From assembly GCA_003250395.1 (NCBI GenBank), contig QKGM01000044.1, forward strand, positions 116,550 to 180,549: DNA of 64,000 bases. Direction: 5' to 3'. Each line of letters opens with the position of its first letter. The stretch's first letter is position 1. Origin of the DNA: Bacteroidota bacterium. Its GTDB lineage: Bacteria; Bacteroidota; Bacteroidia; Bacteroidales; TTA-H9. Of the stretch, positions 49,001-58,065 are shown in pieces. The notes beneath the pieces were generated by a model. That model was not told the origin of the DNA. It did not search any database and saw only the letters and a list, made by a program, of their open reading frames with translations. Both the position numbers and the translations under genes were made by a program.

Positions 49001-49921
49001 ATTATTATAGATTCCCTGGAGATAATTTTTTATACTGGTAGTTGTGGTACCTACTGTTGGATCATTGGTATAGGCTTCTATAATCTTGAAACCACGTTTT
49101 GTTTTCCATTGGATGAAAGGTTGCAACGCTGCCTCAAACATCGGATCAGAAACAATAACATAGGTAACAGGGGCATCAGTAATAAGGTCTTTCGGCGCAT
49201 ATGCCCTGTAATTGAAGGCCATCCTATAGGTATTACTGAAGAAAGGTGATGCTGTACGCCTTTTAAGCATTTCTGTAGCTTGCAGATCACCCCCTTTAAA
49301 TACTACTGAAATTTCAAGAACATCATATATACGCAGGATACCCCTTACCGGATTGTAATGAATGGGGTATATTTCAAGAACACCTAAGTTCTGGCCACGC
49401 ATAATCCCAGAAGGAATGACATGAGCCATTTCGTCAAACAGAAATGCATCTTTCGCGTATATCTCCTTGTTGTATACAAAAGGCAATGCACTGGCATCAT
49501 CGTATTGTTTTGAAACAGGGGGCTGAGCAGGAATAAGCGGGTGCTGAATTCCCAACTCTGCCAGCGTATAATCGCGGTGGCTTTCTCTCACTACTTTGAT
49601 TTCAAATGTTGATCCCAGCGGAAATTCTATAAGTCTCCGCATCACAGGAACCTTTGGAGCACCTTCGATATTGGAATAGCTGTAATCAGCAATGCCGATT
49701 TCAGAAAACTGACCAGCAGTCGTACTGACATTCATCTGGTTAATTTGATGCAACGTGGAACGAATACCAAGAGTGGTCTGAGTGCTTTCGGTAATCTCAA
49801 ACTTGTTGGCATCTGTGCCGGAAAGGACAATTTGCGCAGTCGAGGGCAGTACAATAACAATTAGTGATACTGCCATCAAACCCCCAAGAAATTGCCGCAG
49901 AATTGTAGAGAATGTTCTCAT
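46013..49921 (-). CDS. C25-family peptidase-like protein with CUB-like domain, T9SS cargo
   Basis: 1302 aa. Signal peptide, SAHCGESGW and LLIGNCCLSNKF dyad contexts, CUB-like CSWDYLNIYNG..GTYCG, sorting domain VYPNPFNNLLNISY...GIYFIRF..YRVVMTK. Confidence 0.8.
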   Translation of the reverse strand: MRTFSTILRQFLGGLMAVSLIVIVLPSTAQIVLSGTDANKFEITESTQTTLGIRSTLHQINQMNVSTTAGQFSEIGIADYSYSNIEGAPKVPVMRRLIEFPLGSTFEIKVVRESHRDYTLAELGIQHPLIPAQPPVSKQYDDASALPFVYNKEIYAKDAFLFDEMAHVIPSGIMRGQNLGVLEIYPIHYNPVRGILRIYDVLEISVVFKGGDLQATEMLKRRTASPFFSNTYRMAFNYRAYAPKDLITDAPVTYVIVSDPMFEAALQPFIQWKTKRGFKIIEAYTNDPTVGTTTTSIKNYLQGIYNNPPAGYNVPSFVLFVGDVAQIPAFSGTAGSHPTDLYYCEYTGDKLPELFYGRFSATTVAQLQPQIDKTLQYEQYTFPSDEFLGRALAVAGADGSHQLTWGNGQVNYGTTYYFNTAHGLNTLALLQPEPSGANYHQQIVNKVSEGLSMGNYSAHCGESGWSDPSFSISDIPSLTNNNMYGLLIGNCCLSNKFDVTCFGEELLRAVNKGAVGYIGGSNSTYWDEDFWWACGQKTVSANPVYDPDHLGSFDRQFHDHGETADEWYITQGQMVVGGNLAVEESSSSMKTYYWEIYHLMGDPSLTVYAGVPQDLTVSYQNAMLVGMTSLVVNTEENAYVALSMNGTLLAAGVAPANGVVNLNFNALNNVGSADIVVMKQNRKPHIGQITVAPATGPYLIVQGYTVNDINGNNNGQADFGEEVYLNVTFKNVGVQTASAVNADLHSTDGYITLIDSLEYIATVEPGATLTIDNAYKLVVGQLVPDQHSAPFDFAMSDGTNLWEASGSIMLNAPVLGIIGIEVDDATSGNGNGVLDPGETAILKVITKNSGHADALNAQAYLSVLNGSTSYIIVETPGYTFTNLAAGQSAGSEFTVVTNIITPPLTNTELQYTVTAGNGAQYNCSEVLNVTVGETPKILMTEGTFSVCNTDFFDTGGPDGPYSLNENIVMTLTPSTPGAILKVSFTSFDVESNSGCSWDYLNIYNGTNTSAPLIGTYCGTTVPPSFTASNTSGAITFKFHSDGMVTKPGWKAYVECLGGSLSATVAAFPPDVCAGNTSQLGTLTVGGSGNYTYEWSPAEYLDNPTSPSPIATAPSTTEFSVNIYDGSSNIIGSTSVTVHEFPIAPVVTLEGNALISSYSQGNQWFNDNGMIPGASSQSYIPSEEGNYYATVTSEFNCESESSNVVHYVPVGIGEPGTSDDMIVYPNPFNNLLNISYTLTKQTPVQVSVWNHLGQLVATVANEPMQSAGKHDVIFNGSSIEPGIYFIRFNTGSNSAVYRVVMTK

Positions 49922-49964
49922 GATGATTCTTTTAGGTTATGATGTTGGAGTTTAGATAGAACCA

Positions 49965-49972
49965 CAAAGATA
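49965..49972 (-). promoter_or_regulatory. -7 promoter box (TATCTTTG)
   Basis: TAnnTTTG on the minus strand, 44 nt upstream of the ATG at 49921. Confidence 0.4.
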
Positions 49973-50234
49973 ATAAAATGCAATAACTATCAAGTAGTTT
50001 GAAGTCGATTTTTTGAATCGAGGAAAGTACTTCAATGTTGGTAATTCAATACGCTTACCAATGCCGGTTACGATACAATGCTTCATCGAACTGGGAAGAC
50101 TACATTTCTATGCCAAAATGCCGAGTAAAACATTAATAAACATTCATTTGACTCTCAATTCATAGAGCATCTATAAAATCAGACAGAAAGCTAATATCAG
50201 ATAAAGCTGTGATGAACGGCGTAAATAATTATGT

Positions 50235-51371
50235 TCATTCTGGTAATCCAAGCAGAAAACTAAAAGTGCTTCCCTTATCAGGACTACTTTCAATTTGCAG
50301 ACAACTCCCGTGGTGCCTTAGGAAGTCGCTGCAAAGCGACAAGCCAACACCTGTTCCTTTCTCGTTTTCAGTACCTCGTGAAGAATTATGAATACCCGGC
50401 TTTAAGAGTAATTCAATCTGGTCAGGTGAAAGGCCAATTCCTGTATCAGATACTGATACGCGCAGCTTATTACCAGCGGATATTTTGGTTTCAACAACAA
50501 CAGTTCCACCCGGGGAAGTAAATTTGATAGCATTGGATATAAGATTTCTGACAACCACAGCCAGCATATTGCTATCACCCAAAACCACATCAGTATCTTC
50601 TAAACGTGATGAAATAATAATGTTCTTGTTTACAGCAGAGCTTTGTAACGTGTGGATTGTCTCACCAATCAACTCATTCAGGTCGACCTCTTCCGGATAA
50701 AATTCAATCTCGTTTCTTTGCGATTTAGCCCAAAATAACAGGTTCTCCAGGAGAAAATAAGTTCCCTGTACCGACAGGATAGTCTCCTGCAGCAACTCAT
50801 TGCGATCATCTCCATCCAATTGGTTTTCGAGTATCAGATGCAAAAGATTGTTGATATTTCCAATTGGCCCCCTCAGATCATGTCCTATAATCGTAAGTAA
50901 TTTGTCTTTGGCTTCATTTGCTTCCTCAAGCATATTGTTGCTTGACTGAAGCTGTATATTCAATGCCTGAAGTTCCTGTCGTTGCCTGATCATGGTCAAC
51001 TGGGTTTCTATCCGTGCCATCACTTCCTGTTTATGAAAAGGTTTCGTGATGTAATCAACACCCCCGAGTTGAAAACCCCTGATCTTGTTTTCAGGTTCAG
51101 CCAGAGCGGTAATGAATATTATAGGAATACCTGATGTTTGTGGATCTGCCTTTAGCCGGCGGCAGACTTCATAACCATCCATATCAGGCATCATAATATC
51201 AAGAAGAATTAGGTCGGGTCTGGATGTAGAAATAAATAGAAAAGCATCCTCACCTGAAGTCGAGATATCAAGGTGAAACTGAAAATTCTTTAAATAACTT
51301 ATCAGTATTTGCAGGTTCTTCGGGTTGTCATCAACCAGTAGAATTCTGGGTGTAATGCTATTAGTATTCAT
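50235..51371 (-). CDS. Hybrid response regulator-histidine kinase (N-terminal receiver)
   Basis: 378 aa. Receiver (ILLVDDNPKNL, DIMMPDMDG), coiled-coil linker, H-box IGHDLRGPI, ATPase boxes NLISNAIKF, DTGIGL, GTGVGLS. Confidence 0.85.
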   Translation of the reverse strand: MNTNSITPRILLVDDNPKNLQILISYLKNFQFHLDISTSGEDAFLFISTSRPDLILLDIMMPDMDGYEVCRRLKADPQTSGIPIIFITALAEPENKIRGFQLGGVDYITKPFHKQEVMARIETQLTMIRQRQELQALNIQLQSSNNMLEEANEAKDKLLTIIGHDLRGPIGNINNLLHLILENQLDGDDRNELLQETILSVQGTYFLLENLLFWAKSQRNEIEFYPEEVDLNELIGETIHTLQSSAVNKNIIISSRLEDTDVVLGDSNMLAVVVRNLISNAIKFTSPGGTVVVETKISAGNKLRVSVSDTGIGLSPDQIELLLKPGIHNSSRGTENEKGTGVGLSLCSDFLRHHGSCLQIESSPDKGSTFSFLLGLPE

Positions 51372-51853
51372 TTTGCTGGCTTTTGCATGGTAAGGGTTTC
51401 CCTGAAGAAGATCATACTGTTGTCGTGAATGCTAATCCTGTCAAAGTCTTGTACTGCAAATATACGATGGCTATTCGACTGATAACTGAAATTGTCCTGA
51501 AGGATTTGAGTAAAACTCCAGCAGTACGTTTGTTCCGGATTGTAATCTTGCCGTCCTTCGTGATTATACAACTGCAATGTTCCGTATACATTACAGCCTA
51601 TGTTTTTCATTTGATGAATAACTCGTCCAGGTAACAATGAAAAACTTAATTCGCCAGAGTTACGTAATGCTAAAGAATTAGCAAATCTATTAACACAGCA
51701 ATAATTACCTGAGTCGGGCTTGTTAATTCTTTGGTTTGATATTGTTGATAATGTTGGCATGGAACCTAAAAGATAGCACGATTGCGGATGATCCGGATCT
51801 GAAGAAAAACTGAATGAACGATTTTGCTGTAAACTTACAATAAAAATCGTCAA
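51368..51853 (-). CDS. Hypothetical protein (possibly GAF-like), translationally coupled to the hybrid kinase
   Basis: 161-aa ORF whose stop overlaps the kinase ATG (ATGA). No recognised motif; the start is uncertain (an internal Met gives 51760). Confidence 0.35.
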   Translation of the reverse strand: MTIFIVSLQQNRSFSFSSDPDHPQSCYLLGSMPTLSTISNQRINKPDSGNYCCVNRFANSLALRNSGELSFSLLPGRVIHQMKNIGCNVYGTLQLYNHEGRQDYNPEQTYCWSFTQILQDNFSYQSNSHRIFAVQDFDRISIHDNSMIFFRETLTMQKPAK

Positions 51854-51873
51854 TAACCAGAGTTAAAAACCAA

Positions 51874-53109
51874 TTACCTTGTAAATTCTACAATTTGTTT
51901 ATAGCGCCTGCTTATCTGTCGTGCCGGTATCCAACTTGCAATAACCCCGATAACGGCCACTACGGAAATGGTAAAAATGAAGTCGGTAAATTGCATGGCA
52001 ACTGGGTAAGCGTCTATAACAAATGTACTCCCTTCATTACCCAGTTTGATAATTCCGAATTGCTGTTGTAAAACGCAAACCAGAAACCCCAGAACCACCC
52101 CGATCAAGGCACCACCCAAACTAATAATCATCCCTTCAATAAAAAAAACTCTTCTCACCAAACCTGATCCTGCTCCCATAGCTTCCAGAATAGTAATGTC
52201 CTTTCTTTTATCCAGAATAAGCATGGTTAAAGAACCTATAACGTTAAATGCCGAAATAAGAATTATAAAACTTAGTATAAGGAAAACTGCCCATTTCTCA
52301 GATTTCATAATCTTGTACAACAATTCCTGCTGTTCATATCGATCCTTTACCACGAATCCGCTCCCCAAGATATCTCTGACTTCAGCCTTGATCTGTTCTG
52401 TACTCGCTCCAGGTTTATACCTGATCTCGATTGCTGTGAGTTCTTTTGTATAATTCATTAATGACCTTGCAAACTTAAGCGAGGTGAGGATAAATCGAGT
52501 GTCAAAATCCTGCTGTACACTGAAAACACCACTAACAAACACAGGTGAACTGTTAAAGGCCTGATCGGGTGTTAACATATTCCCTCCACGTCGGGGAAGG
52601 TATAGAATCACCGGATTAATCTCATCACGCCGGTCTAATCCAAGCTGATATGCCACACCGGCTCCCGGTACAATATAATCGTGTGCTGAATCGCTAAGCA
52701 CCATGCTTCCGTCAATCATCATACTGTCGAGTACATGATTTTGCTGAAATTCAGGCCCCATTCCTCTAAGTGTGGCAACATGTTGCTTATTGGAATATCT
52801 TACCAACACGGTCTCCTCAACAACTCCCGACACGTACCATACACCACCGATGGCTCTGACCTGTGCAATACGGGCCGAATCTTCCCTGAAAGTTTTCCCG
52901 TGTAAAGCGGTAACCATCAAATCCGGATCAAAAACGTTGTATAATTTACTGACAAGCCCCTCGAAACCATTGAATACAGAAAGGACCACGATCATTGCAA
53001 ACGAACCAGTCATGATACCTGCCACCGAAATCCATGATATCAGGTTTATAATGTTGTGACTCTTACGTGACACAAAGTAGCGGCGTGCTATATAAAGCGC
53101 TACATCCAT
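51874..53109 (-). CDS. LolC/LolE-like lipoprotein-release ABC permease (FtsX family)
   Basis: 411 aa. N-terminal TM helix, periplasmic domain, C-terminal 3-TM FtsX module. Confidence 0.85.
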   Translation of the reverse strand: MDVALYIARRYFVSRKSHNIINLISWISVAGIMTGSFAMIVVLSVFNGFEGLVSKLYNVFDPDLMVTALHGKTFREDSARIAQVRAIGGVWYVSGVVEETVLVRYSNKQHVATLRGMGPEFQQNHVLDSMMIDGSMVLSDSAHDYIVPGAGVAYQLGLDRRDEINPVILYLPRRGGNMLTPDQAFNSSPVFVSGVFSVQQDFDTRFILTSLKFARSLMNYTKELTAIEIRYKPGASTEQIKAEVRDILGSGFVVKDRYEQQELLYKIMKSEKWAVFLILSFIILISAFNVIGSLTMLILDKRKDITILEAMGAGSGLVRRVFFIEGMIISLGGALIGVVLGFLVCVLQQQFGIIKLGNEGSTFVIDAYPVAMQFTDFIFTISVVAVIGVIASWIPARQISRRYKQIVEFTR

Positions 53110-53125
53110 ATTATCCTGGTATGGT

Positions 53126-53950
53126 TTATTTCCAAGCTTTTACAATAAGACCTGTTCCTGTCGGGTGATTCATACGTGCATCAGCAAGGTTCAGAATAAG
53201 CCCAACAGGGAATGCTACAAGATAATAAAATGGCAAAACGATGAAAAACAATTTAGTGGCATTAAGCATCAGGATAGGATATTTCATTGTAAGTTTCCAG
53301 GATATTTTTCCGGGCACTCCATAACTGTATTTTACTTCCGAACTGTTAAAACCCGCTTTACGCAACTTATCGGCAATATCTGCCACGTTATAACCATCAC
53401 GCACATGCTCGTCAATAAATGAAGCACTTCCATCATTTTTGTATTCGTCTCCATGGTCGTGTACATCGGAGCCGCCCTGATCCGATGGGGTGCTTATAAG
53501 TAACATCCCCCCAGGACGAAGTGCTTTGCACAGGTTGTTAAATACTGCCTGATCATCTGGTATATGTTCCATTACATCTATACTTAATACCAGATCGTAA
53601 CTGTTGCTTTCGTCAAAATTTTCCAGGTCAGCATAATGGAAAGAGGCATTCTTACGGCCAATCTGCGCGAAAAAATTATTGCAATCATCTACCTGCTCCT
53701 GTTTCACATCTACGCCTGTCACTTTCCATGCCGGATAATGAGACGCCAGAAAATAGGAGTACTGTCCGAATCCCATGCCGGCATCAAGTACATCAACCGA
53801 AGGATGATCTGTAACATAAGAATTAAGCTCCCGCCGTACATGATAAGTTCGCAAAAGCAGAAGATCAAGCATCTTGTAGAAACATACACGAAGCCAGGGG
53901 GTTTTGTTGAACACCTTTCCTAAACTCCTTTTAATCGGGTCGTATTGCAT
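53126..53950 (-). CDS. Class I SAM-dependent methyltransferase with C-terminal membrane segment
   Basis: 274 aa. Motif I VLDAGMGFGQYS and a hydrophobic C-terminus. Confidence 0.8.
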   Translation of the reverse strand: MQYDPIKRSLGKVFNKTPWLRVCFYKMLDLLLLRTYHVRRELNSYVTDHPSVDVLDAGMGFGQYSYFLASHYPAWKVTGVDVKQEQVDDCNNFFAQIGRKNASFHYADLENFDESNSYDLVLSIDVMEHIPDDQAVFNNLCKALRPGGMLLISTPSDQGGSDVHDHGDEYKNDGSASFIDEHVRDGYNVADIADKLRKAGFNSSEVKYSYGVPGKISWKLTMKYPILMLNATKLFFIVLPFYYLVAFPVGLILNLADARMNHPTGTGLIVKAWK

Positions 53951-53971
53951 GCGTTGATATTGGTTCTATGG

Positions 53972-54307
53972 TTATTGTTTTAACAGGTCATCTATCCGTT
54001 CAATAATATCGAGCGAATCGTCAATAAAAAACTGAAGCTCCGGAATAATCCGAACCTGGTTACGTATTCTCTGTCCAAGCTCATACCTCAGTTCAGCTTT
54101 ATGTTCCTTCATGATTTTCAGCACTTCCTCTTTACCAGGCCCTCCAAATACACTCATATTGATACGAGCCAGACTTAAGTCAGATGTGACATTAACCCTG
54201 GTAATGGTAACAAGCGCACCGGCTGTTACTCCCGGTGTACGCTGAATAATTTCGCCCAGATCTTTCTGTATCTGGCGTCCGATCTTTTGTTGACGTGTAG
54301 AATCCAT
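53972..54307 (-). CDS. rbfA: Ribosome-binding factor A
   Basis: 111 aa. The RQQKIGRQIQKDLGEII N-terminus is typical of RbfA. Confidence 0.9.
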   Translation of the reverse strand: MDSTRQQKIGRQIQKDLGEIIQRTPGVTAGALVTITRVNVTSDLSLARINMSVFGGPGKEEVLKIMKEHKAELRYELGQRIRNQVRIIPELQFFIDDSLDIIERIDDLLKQ

Positions 54308-54311
54308 ATTG

Positions 54312-54319
54312 CAAAGGTA
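54312..54319 (-). promoter_or_regulatory. -7 promoter box (TACCTTTG) for rbfA (near-leaderless)
   Basis: TAnnTTTG ends 4 nt before the rbfA ATG. Confidence 0.45.
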
Positions 54320-54398
54320 ATGGTTTTTAGAGTTGATTGATGTGACTTCTCCCGGTAGGTTACCCTTTACTATTTTGATGACAACAACAGCATTTCTC

Positions 54399-54406
54399 TA
54401 TCTTTG
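54399..54406 (+). promoter_or_regulatory. -7 promoter box (TATCTTTG) for the ABC exporter
   Basis: TAnnTTTG overlaps the TTG start of the tracked ORF, which favours the ATG at 54455. Confidence 0.45.
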
Positions 54407-54454
54407 CATTTACTTCATCCGAAACACGGGTGGCTGATATTGATTGTTCATCCA

Positions 54455-56296
54455 ATGAAAAATCTGCTGAAAATTCTCCCTTTTGCTGCTACTTATTGGG
54501 GATATGCCTTATTGAACATCCTGTTCAATATAATTTCCGTGGCATTCTCACTGGTCTCATTTGTCCTCTTCATCCCTGTGCTTGAGATTCTTTTCCGGTT
54601 AACTCCTGTAGTCGTAACCCCTCCCGCAAATTTTGAACTAAGCCTTAAATTACTAAACGATTCTTCTGGTCTTAAAGATTATTTCTATTGGCAGATAAGC
54701 AATATCATCAATCAATATGGCCAGTTACAGGCATTGCTATACATATCATTGATAATAGTCTCCCTTTTCTTCCTGAAGAACCTCTTCCGTTACCTCGCCA
54801 TGTTCTTTCTGGCACCTTTGCGCAACGGTGTGGTCCGCGATCTTCGGAATGCCATGTACCAACGTGTATTGATTTTACCGCTCTCATACTATACGGAGCA
54901 ACGCAAAGGCGATCTTATGGCACGTGTTACCTCAGATGTTTCTGAAGTGGAATGGAGTATTATGAGTTCGCTCGAGATGTTATTCCGCGAGCCTTTTACA
55001 ATTGCCTCCTACCTTACCGCCATGTTTTTAATTAGCCCTCAGCTTACCGGGTTTGTTCTGGTTATGCTCCCGTTGAGTGCACTGCTGATTGGACAAATCG
55101 GCAAAAGTCTGAAACGCACCTCGCAAAAAAGTCAAAAAAGGATGGGATACCTGCTGAGCATTATTGAAGAAACCATTGGAGGATTGCGTATTATCAAAGC
55201 CTTCAATGCTATTGATGCCAGCCAGCGATCATTTGAAAAGGTGAATAATGATTACAATAGATTGATGATCAGACTTTATCGCAAACGTGACCTGGCATCC
55301 CCACTAAGCGAATTTCTCGGAGTGGTGGTTATCGTAATAGTTTTATGGTTTGGGGGACGACTTGTACTCAGCCCTGATAGCTCGATGAATGCAGCTGTGT
55401 TTCTGACCTATCTTGCTATCTTCTCCCAGATACTCGTTCCCGCTAAAGCCATCACCCAGGCATGGTATAATGTCAATAAGGGTGCAGCCTCGGTCGAGCG
55501 TATCCGTCAGGTGCTTGATGCTGAAGAGGTAATCACTGAGAAAACAGACGCTCTTTCAGTGGAAGGCTTTGTCCAGCAGATTGAGTACCGGGACGTATCA
55601 TTCCGCTATGAAAAGGAGGAAGTACTGAAGCATATCAATCTGATCATTCCAAAAGGAAAAACAATAGCTCTGGTGGGACCTTCGGGTGGAGGTAAATCAA
55701 CTCTCTCCGATTTACTACCCCGGTTTTATGATTGTACCGGAGGTGAACTCCTTCTCGATGGGGTCAATGTCAAAGATTACAGGATAGATGGCCTGCGCGG
55801 ACTTATGGGAATCGTTTCACAGGAAACCATACTTTTTAATGATACTATTTTTGCCAATATTGCATTAGGTATCGATAACGCTACCCCTGAGGATGTCGAA
55901 AAGGCTGCCCGAATTGCCAATGCACATGAATTCATCGCCCAATTACCCGAAGGGTACCAGACCATAATTGGCGACCGGGGCATCAAGCTTTCCGGCGGAC
56001 AAAGGCAACGCCTAAGCATTGCACGGGCAGTACTCAAAAACCCTCCTATCATGATTCTTGATGAAGCAACTTCTGCACTTGATACTGAATCGGAACGATT
56101 GGTTCAGGAGGCACTGGAAAACCTGATGCGCAACAGGACTTCACTTGTTATAGCTCACCGTTTAAGTACCATCCAGTTCGCCGACGAAATCGTAGTACTT
56201 CAACGTGGCGAGATAGTGGAAAGAGGCTCACATGCTGACCTGATCGCTTTGAATGGTGTCTACAAAAGGTTGTGCGACCTTCAATCATTTGAGTAA
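54455..56296 (+). CDS. ABC transporter permease/ATPase (MsbA-like exporter)
   Basis: About 613 aa from MKNLLKILP. Six-TM domain, Walker A GPSGGGKST, signature LSGGQRQR, Walker B ILDEATSALD. Confidence 0.9.
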   Translation: MKNLLKILPFAATYWGYALLNILFNIISVAFSLVSFVLFIPVLEILFRLTPVVVTPPANFELSLKLLNDSSGLKDYFYWQISNIINQYGQLQALLYISLIIVSLFFLKNLFRYLAMFFLAPLRNGVVRDLRNAMYQRVLILPLSYYTEQRKGDLMARVTSDVSEVEWSIMSSLEMLFREPFTIASYLTAMFLISPQLTGFVLVMLPLSALLIGQIGKSLKRTSQKSQKRMGYLLSIIEETIGGLRIIKAFNAIDASQRSFEKVNNDYNRLMIRLYRKRDLASPLSEFLGVVVIVIVLWFGGRLVLSPDSSMNAAVFLTYLAIFSQILVPAKAITQAWYNVNKGAASVERIRQVLDAEEVITEKTDALSVEGFVQQIEYRDVSFRYEKEEVLKHINLIIPKGKTIALVGPSGGGKSTLSDLLPRFYDCTGGELLLDGVNVKDYRIDGLRGLMGIVSQETILFNDTIFANIALGIDNATPEDVEKAARIANAHEFIAQLPEGYQTIIGDRGIKLSGGQRQRLSIARAVLKNPPIMILDEATSALDTESERLVQEALENLMRNRTSLVIAHRLSTIQFADEIVVLQRGEIVERGSHADLIALNGVYKRLCDLQSFE

Positions 56297-56297
56297 T

Positions 56298-57488
56298 ATG
56301 AAAAAACTTATAAATCAAATCCAACGATTAGCTTTAGACGGCCATTCCGACTTTGTAAGTTGGCGACGTCACCTTCATCAATATCCGGAACTGTCGACTG
56401 AAGAACATCAAACAGCGGCATTTATAGCCGAGCGACTAACCGAATCAGGAATCCCTTTCTCAGCAGGTATTGCCGGAACCGGCATTGTTGCACACATTAC
56501 CGGGAGAAAGACTTCAGAACGCACGATTGCCCTTCGGGCCGACATGGATGCCTTACCAATCACCGAAGAGAACAACGTCACTTATAAATCACTAAATCAA
56601 GGCGTAATGCACGCCTGTGGCCACGATGTTCATACTTCTTCACTATTGGGGGCAGCCCGTATCCTTCAAACTTTACGTGAGGATTTTGGAGGAACAATCC
56701 GTCTCATCTTTCAACCGTCAGAAGAGAAATATCCCGGAGGTGCCATCCGGATGATCGGCGAGGGTGTCCTTACGAACCCCACGCCTGAAGCTATCTTTGG
56801 CCAACATGTGCTGCCAGAGCTCGATGCAGGCATGATCGGACTACGACCTGGTAAATACATGGCCTCGACCGATGAACTATACCTTACAGTTAAAGGAAAG
56901 GGAGGGCACGGCGCAACACCCGATAAAAATATCGATCCGGTTCTTATCGCTTCACATATTGTTGTGGCACTGCAGCAAATCGTAAGCCGTAATGCTGACC
57001 CCGCCATACCAACAGTTATCTCCTTTGGCAAGATAGTGGCAAACGGCCGGACGAATATTATCCCTGATGAGGTCAAGCTTGAAGGAACAATTCGTACTTT
57101 CAGTGAGAAGTGGCGTGCCGAGGCTCATCAACTCATCAGGCGCATTGCTCAGGGAACCGCTCAGGCAATGGGTGGCGACTGCGAGGTATTCATCGATCCG
57201 GGATACCCTTTTCTGGTCAACAATCCTGAGCTGACTGCCCAAACAAAAAAATGGGCCATCGACTTCCTGGGGGCAGATAAAGTGGCCGATCTTGACCTGA
57301 GGATGACAGCTGAAGACTTTGCCTATTACTCACAACAAATTCCGGGTTGTTTCTACCGACTGGGAGTTCGCAACGAAGCCAGGGGGATAGTAAATAGTCT
57401 ACACAGCAGCCTGTTCGATGCAGATGAATCAAGTCTGATAACCGGCCCCGGGCTAATGGCTTGGCTGGCAATCAACAGCTTGCAGTAG
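56298..57488 (+). CDS. M20-family amidohydrolase (N-acyl-amino acid amidohydrolase-like)
   Basis: About 396 aa from MKKLINQ (the ATG at 56298 is preferred because the tracked 56253 start overlaps the upstream gene). MHACGHDVH metal motif. Confidence 0.88.
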   Translation: MKKLINQIQRLALDGHSDFVSWRRHLHQYPELSTEEHQTAAFIAERLTESGIPFSAGIAGTGIVAHITGRKTSERTIALRADMDALPITEENNVTYKSLNQGVMHACGHDVHTSSLLGAARILQTLREDFGGTIRLIFQPSEEKYPGGAIRMIGEGVLTNPTPEAIFGQHVLPELDAGMIGLRPGKYMASTDELYLTVKGKGGHGATPDKNIDPVLIASHIVVALQQIVSRNADPAIPTVISFGKIVANGRTNIIPDEVKLEGTIRTFSEKWRAEAHQLIRRIAQGTAQAMGGDCEVFIDPGYPFLVNNPELTAQTKKWAIDFLGADKVADLDLRMTAEDFAYYSQQIPGCFYRLGVRNEARGIVNSLHSSLFDADESSLITGPGLMAWLAINSLQ

Positions 57489-58004
57489 CCAATGACGGGT
57501 TACAGGTAATTTCAGTATCTCCTTTCCAAGCGTCAACCGGAACCCCTCATAGGTAGCGCCTGCATAAAAATGATCCGGGACATTCTACTCTTAACATCTG
57601 ATCAAAGCCTTACGCCCGCATCAGCATCCTATAGATAGCTCTTTTTCGGGCTTAACAGGTATGTTTTGAAGAATAATCTTTGCATAGAAGAGGGTTAAAA
57701 CATGAGCAAGTCTGTTGCTTAAATGAAGTGTCCCATTACCGACCAGGTAAAACATCCGATTCATCTATTTGTACAGCTGGCGGGGCTTGCAATCAACAAC
57801 ATATGCAAATTAGATGTAAAGGTGAAGCAAATCCTGTTGGGTCAGGATGTTTAATATTCCAAAATACCGAATCAACCCAAAACTGCAGAACACCTGATAC
57901 CATCTGTTGCATAATTTCCGAATCTAAGCTGATCTTCCATGATACCATATCGAGTTAAACAGCTAAAAAAGAGATTAGGCATACTATTGCCTTTTCCAAT
58001 CCGA

Positions 58005-58065
58005 TATCGCTTCGTTTCCGGTTCGAAAATATTCGAAGCTGCTTCGAAGCTACTTCGAAGCGACA
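58005..58065. repeat. Second copy (inverted) of the 3 x 11-nt repeat element
   Basis: TTCGAAGCTGC TTCGAAGCTAC TTCGAAGCGAC, flanked by TCGCTTCG ... CGAAGCGA. The reverse complement aligns with 20604..20667. Confidence 0.7.

Noticed and set aside
46013-49921. The 1302-aa C25 protein as the T9SS sortase PorU.
   Set aside because: No porV-like gene is adjacent. The protein carries a typical cargo-type C-terminal sorting domain and a CUB-like module, so a cargo protease or adhesin is more likely.
54404-54454. TTG start giving a 630-aa ABC exporter.
   Set aside because: The TTG lies inside the TATCTTTG -7 box, and the ATG at 54455 begins the conserved MKNLLKILP N-terminus.
56253-56297. Upstream ATG extending the M20 amidohydrolase by 15 codons.
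   Set aside because: The extension overlaps the end of the ABC exporter gene, and the ATG at 56298 lies just after that gene's stop.
57680-57958. 92-aa plus-strand ORF in the 1.17-kb gap; also 57872..58066 and 58476..58745.
   Set aside because: They are Cys/His-rich with odd composition and no motifs. The last one runs through a terminator hairpin and into the OsmC-like gene on the opposite strand.
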